This document shows positions 1-9,488 of a stretch of DNA of 64,000 bases, in pieces. Under the pieces are notes generated by a model that worked only from the letters and a program-made list of their open reading frames with translations, ran no database searches and was not told the origin of the DNA. Each line of letters opens with the position of its first letter. Position 1 is the stretch's first letter. Location: IMG/VR virus record IMGVR_UViG_3300033145_001087, positions 32,001-96,000 of that record. The stretch is one strand, 5' to 3'. The position numbers and the translations under genes are program-made. This stretch comes from a virus.

Positions 1-31
1 TTAAAATAGAAAAATTTGCAGGTGTTAAAAA

Positions 32-952
32 ATGAAATCAATTCCCCTCTCAGAAATTTATAGACCGACACAACTTGATGAAGTTATAAATATAGATAAA
101 GAACGTTTCTATAACCTTATAAAGACACCACAAGAAATGCCCAATCTACTTCTCTACGGTCCCCAGGGAACTGGAAAAACAACAACAGCAAAGATAATAC
201 TTAAAGAATTATCGCCTATAAATTTTATAAGAATTAACGGCTCAGATACTACGGGTGTAGATACTATAAGAGATAAAGTATATAACTTTATGACTAGTAT
301 GAGTAGTGAAGAAGATAAACCAAAAATTATATGGATTGAAGAATTTGACTTTATGTCACAAGCATCATTTGCTGCATTAAGGAGTATGATAGAACAATAT
401 ATTAGAAATGCCAGATTTATAGTGACGCTTAATTATATAAATAAAATTCCCGAACCAATTCAAAGCAGATTTACTTGTATAGAATTTAAGAAATGTATAG
501 ATAATACAAGTTTAATAGACAGATTAAAATATATTTGTTATGAAGAAGGAATAAAATACAATAAAGAATCTACTGTTTTCGAGGATATTATCAAAAAGAG
601 TAAAGGGGATATAAGAGCTTGTATAAATACGTTACAAGAACTATCTTCAAACAAAGAAAAAAATTTGCCCGAAAGCTTACTTTTTATGATTCAAAACACA
701 ACAGAAGAAACATATAAATTACTTTTAGATAAACAATGGAGTAAAATTAGGTATGAAATACCTAAATTAAATCCAGATTATGGTAAACTACTTGTCGAAT
801 TAGATGAAATGTTTTTTAAATCAAGTATATCAACACCGATAAAGGCAGAAATAAATGAAATAATTGCCAGGTCTCTTTATGAAATGTCGTTTGTGTTTGA
901 TGAAAGCATATCTTTTTCTGCATGTTGTTCAAAAATAATAAAGGTGTTATAA
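32..952 (+). CDS. rfcS: Clamp loader, replication factor C small subunit-like AAA+ ATPase
   Basis: PNLLLYGPQGTGKTT Walker A, IWIEEFD Walker B, QSRF (SRC motif), GDIRACINTLQ sensor 2, N-terminal EIYRP. Confidence 0.92.
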   Translation: MKSIPLSEIYRPTQLDEVINIDKERFYNLIKTPQEMPNLLLYGPQGTGKTTTAKIILKELSPINFIRINGSDTTGVDTIRDKVYNFMTSMSSEEDKPKIIWIEEFDFMSQASFAALRSMIEQYIRNARFIVTLNYINKIPEPIQSRFTCIEFKKCIDNTSLIDRLKYICYEEGIKYNKESTVFEDIIKKSKGDIRACINTLQELSSNKEKNLPESLLFMIQNTTEETYKLLLDKQWSKIRYEIPKLNPDYGKLLVELDEMFFKSSISTPIKAEINEIIARSLYEMSFVFDESISFSACCSKIIKVL

Positions 953-1546
953 ATGCAAGAAGTTGTTATATGGTCAGGCGGTTGTGATTCAACGAAAATA
1001 CTTTATGATTTAGCTAGAAATTCTTCTGCTAATAAACCAGTACTTGCAATTTCAGTAGAACACTCTCGTACAGATGACCTTAAAAGAAAGAAGGAAAAAG
1101 AAGCAAGAAAAAAGATTTTAAAATGGATGAAAGAGGAAGGATACCATATTGAGCATGAAACTATTAAAGTAACACCAGATTTAATGACACCAACAGGTTT
1201 TAATGAACCTTCTTGTTGGGTTTGTTCAGTAGTACCTTATTTACCCTCGTTTTGTAATGTTCATTTTGGATATATTTTTGAAGATTCATTTTGGCATTTA
1301 AAGGGAGAATTTACAGATACCTTTCATAGTATAACTTCATTAAGAATAAATAAATATGATATTAAACTTTTCTTTGATTTAGAATGGACTCATAAAAAAG
1401 AAATTATTAAGGAATTAAAAGAAATTGGTTTATTTAAATTAATATGGACTTGTGAAAGGCCAAAAAAGAATGGTAATATGTGTGGTAAATGTATACCGTG
1501 CAAATCATTAAAAACAAACTTACAAGAATTAAAAAAGGAGGAATAA
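953..1546 (+). CDS. queC: QueC-like (7-cyano-7-deazaguanine synthase family) PP-loop ATPase
   Basis: WSGGCDS PP-loop; C-terminal WTC-x8-CGKCIPC Zn site. Confidence 0.75.
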   Translation: MQEVVIWSGGCDSTKILYDLARNSSANKPVLAISVEHSRTDDLKRKKEKEARKKILKWMKEEGYHIEHETIKVTPDLMTPTGFNEPSCWVCSVVPYLPSFCNVHFGYIFEDSFWHLKGEFTDTFHSITSLRINKYDIKLFFDLEWTHKKEIIKELKEIGLFKLIWTCERPKKNGNMCGKCIPCKSLKTNLQELKKEE

Positions 1547-1548
1547 GA

Positions 1549-3354
1549 ATGGATAATAAAGATATAATTACACAATATTTAGAAAATGGGTCCTGGCGGT
1601 TGAAGGAAAACGCAAACCACATATTTTGTTCAGGACATATGATGAACTATATTACAGCAGGTATAATTAAAGAATATTGGTTAAATAAAGTATTCAGTAA
1701 ACGGGCACGAGAATGTCATAATGAAGGGAAAATACACATCCATGATTTAGGAAGATTTAGTCCTTATTGTGTGGGGTTTTCAACATCCGAAGTCATAAAA
1801 TACGGTCTTAGAGGACCTAAAGGAAGAATAAATTCCGCTCCTCCAAAACATATGTGTTCTGTAATTAATCAATTAACTAATTTCGTCGGTGTAATATCTC
1901 AAGAATTCGCAGGTGCTATTGCTTTAAATGATTTCTCACTTTATCTTGCTCCTTTCGTTTATTATGATAAATTAACTTATAAAGAAGTAAAACAAGAAAT
2001 TCAACAATTTGTTTTCCATATGAATCAACCGAATCGATGGGGTGGGGAATGTCCTTTCACAAATATAACAATTAGTTTATCCGTACCAAAAGATATGAAA
2101 GATATAAATGTAATAATAGGTGGAGAAGAGAAAGTAAAAGTATATGGTGATTTTGAGAAAGAAATGAATATGATTAATGAGGCTGTTTTAGAAGTTTTGA
2201 TTGAAGGAGATGCAAATGGGACACCGTTAACATTTCCTGTATTAACAGTAGGAATTAATGGTAATTTTCCTTGGGACAGCGAAATAGCTAAAAAGATATT
2301 TCAAGTAACTGCTAAATATGGCACTCCTTTTTTCGAAAATTTTTCAGAGGGTAGTGGTAGAGACCCTTCTCAAACCAGGTCAATGTGTTGTCGTCTCTCA
2401 TTAAATAAAGATAAGGTAAAAAAACACACAGGAGGAATATTTGGTAATGCAGATAGTATGGGAAGTTTATCTGTAGTAACAATAAATTTAAATAGAATAG
2501 GTTATGAAGCAAAAGGGGATAAGAAAAAATACTATAAGTTAGTGGATGGATACTTAGATTTATCCAAAGAAGTGTTAGTATCACGAAGAGCACAAATAAA
2601 TAAAATGTTTAATGAAGGTCTTTACCCATATACAAAGTTTTATTTAAAAAATTATAACAACTTTTTTTCGACTATAGGAATTATAGGGGCAAATGAAAGT
2701 ATGTTAAATTTCTGGGGAAAAGATATGATGAATTCAGATTCAATAGAATTTATGAAGGACCTTTTAACTCATATAAATAAGAGATGTGAAGTATTCCAAG
2801 AGGAAACAGGGGATTTGTTTAATTTGGAAGCTATACCTGGTGAAGGAGCGATGTATTCATTAGCATTAAAAGACAGAAAAGTCTATAAAGATATTATTTT
2901 GAGTGGGGAAGGTGAACCCTTTTTAACAAACTCAACACACCCGCCTGTAGAAGAAACAGACTTTTTAGAAGTTGTTCAAAGTCAAGAACAATTACAAACA
3001 CTTTATACTGGAGGAACCGCTTTAAATATTTACATAGGTGAAAAACTTAATAACTATAAACAAGCTAAGTCTATGGTAAAAACACTTATAGAGAAAACAA
3101 AATTACCTTATTTTAGTATAACCCCAACGTATTCAGTGTGTAGAGAACATGGGTATATTACTGGTGAAGTATATAGATGTCCTACTTGTAACAAAAGGAC
3201 AGAAGTATTTAGTCGTGTAGTAGGTTATCTTAGACCGAAACAATCCTTTAATAAAGGTAAAGCAGAAGAATTTAAAAAACGAAAATATTATGATGTAAGC
3301 AATATAGAAAAATTAAAAGGGGATGCAGACGTATTAAAAGACGTATTCGAATAA
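1549..3354 (+). CDS. nrdD: Anaerobic (class III) ribonucleotide reductase, no ATP cone
   Basis: IHIHDL, PYC, RSMCCRL finger loop, CREH..CPTC Zn, RVVGYL glycyl-radical motif; start moved to ATG 1549 after GGAGG. Confidence 0.95.
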   Translation: MDNKDIITQYLENGSWRLKENANHIFCSGHMMNYITAGIIKEYWLNKVFSKRARECHNEGKIHIHDLGRFSPYCVGFSTSEVIKYGLRGPKGRINSAPPKHMCSVINQLTNFVGVISQEFAGAIALNDFSLYLAPFVYYDKLTYKEVKQEIQQFVFHMNQPNRWGGECPFTNITISLSVPKDMKDINVIIGGEEKVKVYGDFEKEMNMINEAVLEVLIEGDANGTPLTFPVLTVGINGNFPWDSEIAKKIFQVTAKYGTPFFENFSEGSGRDPSQTRSMCCRLSLNKDKVKKHTGGIFGNADSMGSLSVVTINLNRIGYEAKGDKKKYYKLVDGYLDLSKEVLVSRRAQINKMFNEGLYPYTKFYLKNYNNFFSTIGIIGANESMLNFWGKDMMNSDSIEFMKDLLTHINKRCEVFQEETGDLFNLEAIPGEGAMYSLALKDRKVYKDIILSGEGEPFLTNSTHPPVEETDFLEVVQSQEQLQTLYTGGTALNIYIGEKLNNYKQAKSMVKTLIEKTKLPYFSITPTYSVCREHGYITGEVYRCPTCNKRTEVFSRVVGYLRPKQSFNKGKAEEFKKRKYYDVSNIEKLKGDADVLKDVFE

Positions 3355-3370
3355 TTAGAAGGTGAGAAAA

Positions 3371-3862
3371 ATGAGAATATCAAATATAAACCCAGCATCT
3401 CTTGTAAACGGTCCTGGTATTAGAATGGTTATAGTTTTTAGCGGATGTAGTCTTAATTGTACTGGTTGTTTTTCTAAAGAGCTACAAGATTTTGATTCTG
3501 GAAAATATGTTACACCGAAACAATTAGTACGTGTGATATTAAAAGAATTTAAAGGTCACACATTGTTAGATGGATTAACTCTTAGTGGTGGTAATCCTAC
3601 AGAACAGCCGGATTTGATAGAATTCTTAAAGTTATTAAAGGAACAAAAACCACGATTCGATATATGGTTATGGAGTGGGCACACATGGGATGAATTGCTA
3701 AATATGAAAAGTGAAAGATGCCCTTTAAAGTATATAGATGCGGTTGTAACAGGTAGATTTATAAAAAGATTACAAGTGGATGGTGAATATTATGGAAGCT
3801 CGAATCAAGAAGTCTGGAAAAGAGATAAAACAGGACGATTCATTAAAGATAAAAAAGAATAA
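3371..3862 (+). CDS. nrdG: Class III RNR activating radical SAM enzyme
   Basis: NGPGIR, CSLNCTGC, LSGGNP, GSSNQ; next to nrdD; ATG 3371 follows GGTGA. Confidence 0.93.
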   Translation: MRISNINPASLVNGPGIRMVIVFSGCSLNCTGCFSKELQDFDSGKYVTPKQLVRVILKEFKGHTLLDGLTLSGGNPTEQPDLIEFLKLLKEQKPRFDIWLWSGHTWDELLNMKSERCPLKYIDAVVTGRFIKRLQVDGEYYGSSNQEVWKRDKTGRFIKDKKE

Positions 3863-4619
3863 TATCTATTGTATAGATTGTATAAAAGGTATGAACTGTT
3901 TATTAGACGACTCTATAGATATAACTATAACAAGTCCTCCTTATAATATAGAAAAATTAGTCAGGCGAGCACCTTTCGGTGGTAGACCTGGTAAAGGCAG
4001 ACATTACCATCAAAAGGTATATGTAAAATATGACGATAAAAATGAATCATATTATGATTTCTTAGATAATTTAATAGGAGAATCTATTCGAGTTACAAAA
4101 CATAATGTATTTATTATTATTCAACTTTTATTAGGAAATAAATTGGACATAATAAATGTACTACACAAGTATCAAAAGAATTTAAAAGACATTATTATTT
4201 GGAATAAAAAACAATTTCAACCATCCGTAAATCCTACACAACTATCTTCACAATTTGAGTTCATATTAGTATTTTCTAAAGAAAAGAATTGTACATCAAA
4301 ACCATTTAAATATGCCTTCTTTAATAATAGAGAAAAAGGTCAAAAGAATAGTAATGTAATTACAGGTAATAACGCAGGTAATGAAAAAAATAAATCATTA
4401 AATTTTGCAGTATTTCCAGAATATTTAGTTCAGTGGATTTTAAATAAGTTTAGTAAAGAAGGAGATATGGTTTTTGACCCTTGTAGTGGTAGTGGAACAA
4501 CCGCTGTAGTATCTAAAAAAAATAATAGAAACTATCTTGGTTTTGATATTGATAAAAAATATGTTGATTATGCTATTGACAGATTAGAAAAGACTCCTGT
4601 AAATAAAGGCTGGTGGTAA
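3792..4619 (+). CDS. Beta-class N4-cytosine/N6-adenine DNA methyltransferase
   Basis: TSPPYN motif IV precedes DPCSGSGTT motif I; start uncertain (3780, 3792 or later). Confidence 0.9.
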   Translation: MEARIKKSGKEIKQDDSLKIKKNNIYCIDCIKGMNCLLDDSIDITITSPPYNIEKLVRRAPFGGRPGKGRHYHQKVYVKYDDKNESYYDFLDNLIGESIRVTKHNVFIIIQLLLGNKLDIINVLHKYQKNLKDIIIWNKKQFQPSVNPTQLSSQFEFILVFSKEKNCTSKPFKYAFFNNREKGQKNSNVITGNNAGNEKNKSLNFAVFPEYLVQWILNKFSKEGDMVFDPCSGSGTTAVVSKKNNRNYLGFDIDKKYVDYAIDRLEKTPVNKGWW

Positions 4620-4620
4620 A

Positions 4621-5697
4621 ATGCATGTATTACTTGTTGAACCAAATTATCCTATCCGCTATCCCAATCTTGCGTTAATGAAACTAAGTGCTAAATATAA
4701 GTCCTTAGGTTTTACAACAGAATACCTTAAGGGAGAACAATATTTTTTAAACAAAAAACCAGATAAAATATTCATATCTACTATGTTTACCTATTATGCT
4801 AAAGAAACTATAGAGTGTATTAACTTCTATAAACTCAATTTTCCTGATGCAACCATACAAGTGGGTGGGATATTTGCTACACTTATGCCTGAATATATAA
4901 AAGAAAAAACAGGTATAATACCAGTTATTGGGTGTATTGAAGAATTAGACAGATTAACGCCGGATTATAAACTTATCGAGGAAATGATTAAATATTCTCC
5001 CTATATAGAGAAATGGAAAGAATTTAGTATCTTATTCAGCACTAGAGGATGTCCACGTAATTGTGGTTTTTGTGCTGTTAAAACATTAGAACCAAAGGCA
5101 AAAATAATTGAAAATTGGAAAGACCTTATCAATTTAGATACGAAAAATGTAATGTTTCAAGATAATAATTTAACAGCAATGCCTTTTAAACATTTTAAAA
5201 AAGTTATGACTTTTATAATAGATAATAAATTAAAAGCGTGTTTTAATAATGGGTTTGATGCTAGACTTTTGAATGAAGAACAAATGCAATTAATGGCTAA
5301 AGTTAAGTGGTATCCTGGTGGATTAAGATTAGCTTTTGATAATATGAGTGAAGATAAGCATATACAAAAATGTATTAAAAGACTTATAGAATTAGGCGTT
5401 TCTAAATCAGCGTTCCTAATCTTTTGTTTATTTAATTTTAACGATGATTTAAAAGAAGCTATGTATAGGCATAGGGAAATGGCTAATTTAGGAGTAAGAC
5501 CTTATCCCCAAGTTTATGCACCTCTAGATAAATTAACAAAGAAACCCATTTATGTTTCTCCTAAATGGACACTAGAATTAATTAGAGAATTTAGACAGTA
5601 TTTTATTTTAGCTGGTAATTATAAATATAAAACATTTAATCAGTATTTAAAAGAAAAAGGTAAAAAACTAGAAAATGACACTATACGACGAATTTAA
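4621..5697 (+). CDS. Radical SAM protein with N-terminal B12-binding-like domain (viral PNLALMK family)
   Basis: PNLALMKLS, VGG, TRGCPRNCGFC, DNN, GFDARLL, RLAFD. Confidence 0.8.
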   Translation: MHVLLVEPNYPIRYPNLALMKLSAKYKSLGFTTEYLKGEQYFLNKKPDKIFISTMFTYYAKETIECINFYKLNFPDATIQVGGIFATLMPEYIKEKTGIIPVIGCIEELDRLTPDYKLIEEMIKYSPYIEKWKEFSILFSTRGCPRNCGFCAVKTLEPKAKIIENWKDLINLDTKNVMFQDNNLTAMPFKHFKKVMTFIIDNKLKACFNNGFDARLLNEEQMQLMAKVKWYPGGLRLAFDNMSEDKHIQKCIKRLIELGVSKSAFLIFCLFNFNDDLKEAMYRHREMANLGVRPYPQVYAPLDKLTKKPIYVSPKWTLELIREFRQYFILAGNYKYKTFNQYLKEKGKKLENDTIRRI

Positions 5698-6067
5698 AAA
5701 ATTGATGAAAGGAACGTTGCCTGATAAAGGAATGTTAGTTCCTTTATTTAGATGGTCTTCTGGCAATGAAAGAAATATAGTAAATTGCCAAAAAATTAAT
5801 AAATTATTTACTAAAGTGGATAAAGGTATACTAAATAGGATGTTAGTATACGGAAACATGACAAAATTTCCATTTAAATACCCAAAAGAACTAAAAGACG
5901 ACAAGAAAATAGAGTTTTTCTTTAATGATATTTGTAGTTTTTATGGGTGGACACGAAACGAATTAAGGAAAAATTGGAGAGTAATAGATTTAGAATATCT
6001 TAAAGAAAAAATAAGTAAAATATACGCATACGATAAAAAAGAAAAAAGAATAATAAATAAACTTTAA
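5675..6067 (+). CDS. Hypothetical, possibly clamp-loader A subunit (T4 gp62-like)
   Basis: 130 aa; FKYPK..DICSFYGWT..EL pattern reminiscent of gp62; sits in the replication module with RFC. Confidence 0.35.
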   Translation: MTLYDEFKKLMKGTLPDKGMLVPLFRWSSGNERNIVNCQKINKLFTKVDKGILNRMLVYGNMTKFPFKYPKELKDDKKIEFFFNDICSFYGWTRNELRKNWRVIDLEYLKEKISKIYAYDKKEKRIINKL

Positions 6068-6079
6068 GGGTGATACAAA

Positions 6080-9000
6080 ATTTTTTTAATTGAAACAAAA
6101 CAACATGAACATTATTCCGAATTAATAATATTTTCAAGAGATAAAGAGGGTAATAAAGTTGTAGAATCAGTTAAGGATTTTCGTCCTTATTTTTATGTCC
6201 TAGAAGATGAAAGTGTTCCAAACGATTATAGAATAACAAGTGTTGAAACAGGATATGTTAGTTTGGTTGGAGAAAAAGTAAAAAAGATTTTTGTAAAGAA
6301 ATCATCGGATGTATTCTTTGTTAGAGATTTATTTACCAAACATTTTGAAGCAGATATAATGTTTAATCAACGATATATAATAGATAAATATGGTGAGGCT
6401 AAGGTTTATCCATTAAAAGTTATGTCATTAGATATAGAAACTGATTCAGATACTACATTTCCAAATATGAAAGACCCAGACCAAGCGATTATTTCCTGTG
6501 CTTTTAAAGACAATAAAGGAAACAAACAAGTATTATTTTATAAGTCTAAAGAATGTAAAGTAGAAATTACTCCTAAATCATATCTTAAAGTTTTTAACAC
6601 GGAAGAAGAATTATTAAATGCTATAATAGTATATATTAAAAATGAAGACCCAGACATTTTAACAGGATGGTATAGTAATGACTTCGATTTACTTTATATG
6701 ATAAGACGAATGAAAAAACTTAAAATTAAATATTCTAAACTTTCTCCTTTATATTCAGTGTGGATAACAGATAAATGGGAAGATGTAGTTATAAAAGGAC
6801 GGGTATTATTAGATATGAAAGAACTGTATGAAAAATTTAGAGGAATTTCAAATCAAGGGCGTGCAGAATCATATTCATTAGAGTTTACTTCCCAAGAAGT
6901 ACTTGGTGTTGGTAAAATACCACATAAAGAAAATTTCCATGAAATGTGGATAAATAAACCAAATGAATTGATAGAATATAACTTACGGGACGCAGAATTG
7001 GTGATTCAAATAAATACAAAACTAGATATAGTTAATTTTTTTAATTATTTAAGGGCAAAATCATTTGCACAATTATCACAAGTTTATGCTACATCATCTT
7101 TAGTCGATGGTTTTTTACTTAAAAAAGCTCATAACAAAATAGTTTTACCAAGTAAACCTATTAGGAAAAAACAAAGCAAATATAAAGGAGCTCATGTTTT
7201 TACACCAAAACCAGGATTATATAATAATGTATTAGCACTTGACGTAGCAGGTCTTTACCCAAACATCATAAAAACATTTAATGTAGGATATGAAACTTTT
7301 AACCCAAAAGGAGAAATCTTACTTAAAGAAGGAATTGGGTTTAATAAAGGCATTGGACTTATTTCGGAAGTTATGAGAGAGCTTCAAAAAGAACGACAAA
7401 TCTATAAAGATTTAATGAAAAAAGCAACAATAAAAAGCGAACAATTATTAAATCATTATAAACAATATTCAGTAAAAGTATTAGCAAATTCGTTTTATGG
7501 TTATTTAGGTTTTCCAGGTGGAAGAATTTATAAAAAAGAAGTTGCAGAAGCAATTACAATATGGGGGCAAGAATTGCTATTTTGGACAGAAAAGTTTTTA
7601 AAGAAACAAGGATATACAATTTTAGCAGGAGATACAGATTCTGTTTATGTAGAATCTAAATCAAAAGGAATGCTTAAATTGTTAAAAGAAGGTAAAGAAA
7701 TAGTAGATAAGATAAATGAATCATATTCAGATTTTGCTAAACATTATGGGTCTAATGAATGCACTTTAGAATTAGAGTTTGAAAAGATATTTAAAACAAT
7801 AATATTTGTTGGTAAAAAAGGAGAAGAACGGGGGGCAAAGAAGAAATATGCATATAGACTATTATGGGAAGATGGAAAACAAGTAAATGATAAAATAAAG
7901 TTTACTGGATTTAGTTCTGTTAGGAGTGATACGCAACGATTAGCAAAAGAAACTGAGCGTAAAGTTGTTAAAATGATAATGGATGGAGAGACTAAAGAAA
8001 CTATAATAACACTTATTAAAGACTTAGATAAAAAAATAAGAACACATTTAATACCAATCGAAGAGATTGGTGTGCCTACAGGTATAAGTAAGCACCTCCG
8101 TGAGTATGGGAAAACAAAGAACGAGAATGGGAAAAAGAGGAAAACGGGCACTCCACCAGTAGTGGTGGGTGCTCGTTATTGTTATGATAAAAAGACAGAA
8201 GTTTTAACTGAGGATGGTTGGCAATTAATTAAAGACGTGGGTAATAAAAAAATAGCAACTTTAAGGGATAATTCACATTTAGAATATCAGAGGCCAAATG
8301 AAATTATTGTGGATAACTATAAGGGAGAGATGTATTATATAAATTCAAATCATATTAATATGTTAGTAACTCCTAACCATAATATTTATTGTTCAAATAC
8401 GCATTTAGATAGTAAAAAAAAGAGGGTTTGGAAATTACAAAAAGCGAAAGACGCCTTAAACAAGAAAACATATTTTAAAAAGTATTGTAACTGGATAGGA
8501 CAAGAATGTCAATTTTTTATACTACCATATATAGAAAAAAAATGGACATGTGGTAATCATCATTCGCATCATTGTAAAAAATGGAAAACAAAAAAAATAC
8601 TAATGGATGATTGGCTTGAATTTTTAGGATATATAATTTCGGAAGGAAGTATTCGTGGCAGTAAAGGAAGTAAATATGAAAATGAAATACGCATATCTCA
8701 ATATAAAAGTGTAAATATGTTTAAATATAATAAGATAAAGAAATGTTTAGATAAGTTGCCTTTTTATTATTCATATAACGATTTTGGGTTTAGAATAAAG
8801 AATAGACAGCTTTGGCATTATCTTAAACAATTAGGGAACTCCTCTCAAAAACACATACCCAGAGAATTCTTAAAGTTATCTTCGAGACACTTACAAATAT
8901 TATTTAATAGTATGTTCCTAGGTGATGGGCACACAACAAATAGCGGTACACAAGTTTATACAACTATTTCAGAACAACTAATAAACGATACGCAAGAACT

Positions 9001-9484
9001 ATTCTTAAAAATAGGATATCAAGGAAATATTTTAAAATCTGAACATAATAATAAACCATTATATCACATATGTAAAATAAAACCAAGAGATGTCATTATT
9101 AATTATCGCAAAGCTTGGAAACATGATAAAATGGTTCCTTATAATGGTTTAATATATTGTGTTAATGTAAAAAATCACATAATATATGTTAGAAGGAACG
9201 GGAAAGCTTATTGGTGTGGTAATAGTAATAAATACCTTAATACTCGATTTGGACAAGGAAGTAAACCTAAATGGGTATACATTAAAAAAGTAGCAGACGG
9301 ATATCCTGATACACCAGTATTATCATTTGATGAGGATATCCCCAAAGGATTTTTACCAGACTATGATAAAATTATAGAAAAGATGTTTAAAGCAAAGCTA
9401 GAAGAACTCTTCAAAGCAGTTGGTTTTGGAGATTTCCCGAACATTGATTATAATATAAAAGAATTGGATAAATTCTTTGGGTGA
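6080..9484 (+). CDS. polB: Family B DNA polymerase with intein; probable ATT start
   Basis: Exo I DIET, Exo II SNDFDL, Exo III YNLRD, motif A DVAGLYPN, motif B KVLANSFYG, motif C GDTDS, KKKY. Frame is open from ATT 6080 and encodes FRPYFYV upstream of the ORF-track start. Confidence 0.95.
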   Translation: MFLIETKQHEHYSELIIFSRDKEGNKVVESVKDFRPYFYVLEDESVPNDYRITSVETGYVSLVGEKVKKIFVKKSSDVFFVRDLFTKHFEADIMFNQRYIIDKYGEAKVYPLKVMSLDIETDSDTTFPNMKDPDQAIISCAFKDNKGNKQVLFYKSKECKVEITPKSYLKVFNTEEELLNAIIVYIKNEDPDILTGWYSNDFDLLYMIRRMKKLKIKYSKLSPLYSVWITDKWEDVVIKGRVLLDMKELYEKFRGISNQGRAESYSLEFTSQEVLGVGKIPHKENFHEMWINKPNELIEYNLRDAELVIQINTKLDIVNFFNYLRAKSFAQLSQVYATSSLVDGFLLKKAHNKIVLPSKPIRKKQSKYKGAHVFTPKPGLYNNVLALDVAGLYPNIIKTFNVGYETFNPKGEILLKEGIGFNKGIGLISEVMRELQKERQIYKDLMKKATIKSEQLLNHYKQYSVKVLANSFYGYLGFPGGRIYKKEVAEAITIWGQELLFWTEKFLKKQGYTILAGDTDSVYVESKSKGMLKLLKEGKEIVDKINESYSDFAKHYGSNECTLELEFEKIFKTIIFVGKKGEERGAKKKYAYRLLWEDGKQVNDKIKFTGFSSVRSDTQRLAKETERKVVKMIMDGETKETIITLIKDLDKKIRTHLIPIEEIGVPTGISKHLREYGKTKNENGKKRKTGTPPVVVGARYCYDKKTEVLTEDGWQLIKDVGNKKIATLRDNSHLEYQRPNEIIVDNYKGEMYYINSNHINMLVTPNHNIYCSNTHLDSKKKRVWKLQKAKDALNKKTYFKKYCNWIGQECQFFILPYIEKKWTCGNHHSHHCKKWKTKKILMDDWLEFLGYIISEGSIRGSKGSKYENEIRISQYKSVNMFKYNKIKKCLDKLPFYYSYNDFGFRIKNRQLWHYLKQLGNSSQKHIPREFLKLSSRHLQILFNSMFLGDGHTTNSGTQVYTTISEQLINDTQELFLKIGYQGNILKSEHNNKPLYHICKIKPRDVIINYRKAWKHDKMVPYNGLIYCVNVKNHIIYVRRNGKAYWCGNSNKYLNTRFGQGSKPKWVYIKKVADGYPDTPVLSFDEDIPKGFLPDYDKIIEKMFKAKLEELFKAVGFGDFPNIDYNIKELDKFFG
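8180..9223 (+). mobile_element. 348-aa LAGLIDADG intein in the PolB C-terminal/thumb region
   Basis: GARY|CYDKKTEVLTEDGW; VTPNH block B; FLGYIISEGS and MFLGDGH LAGLIDADG boxes; YCVNV..RRNGKAYWCGN|S. Confidence 0.93.
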
Positions 9485-9488
9485 AAAA

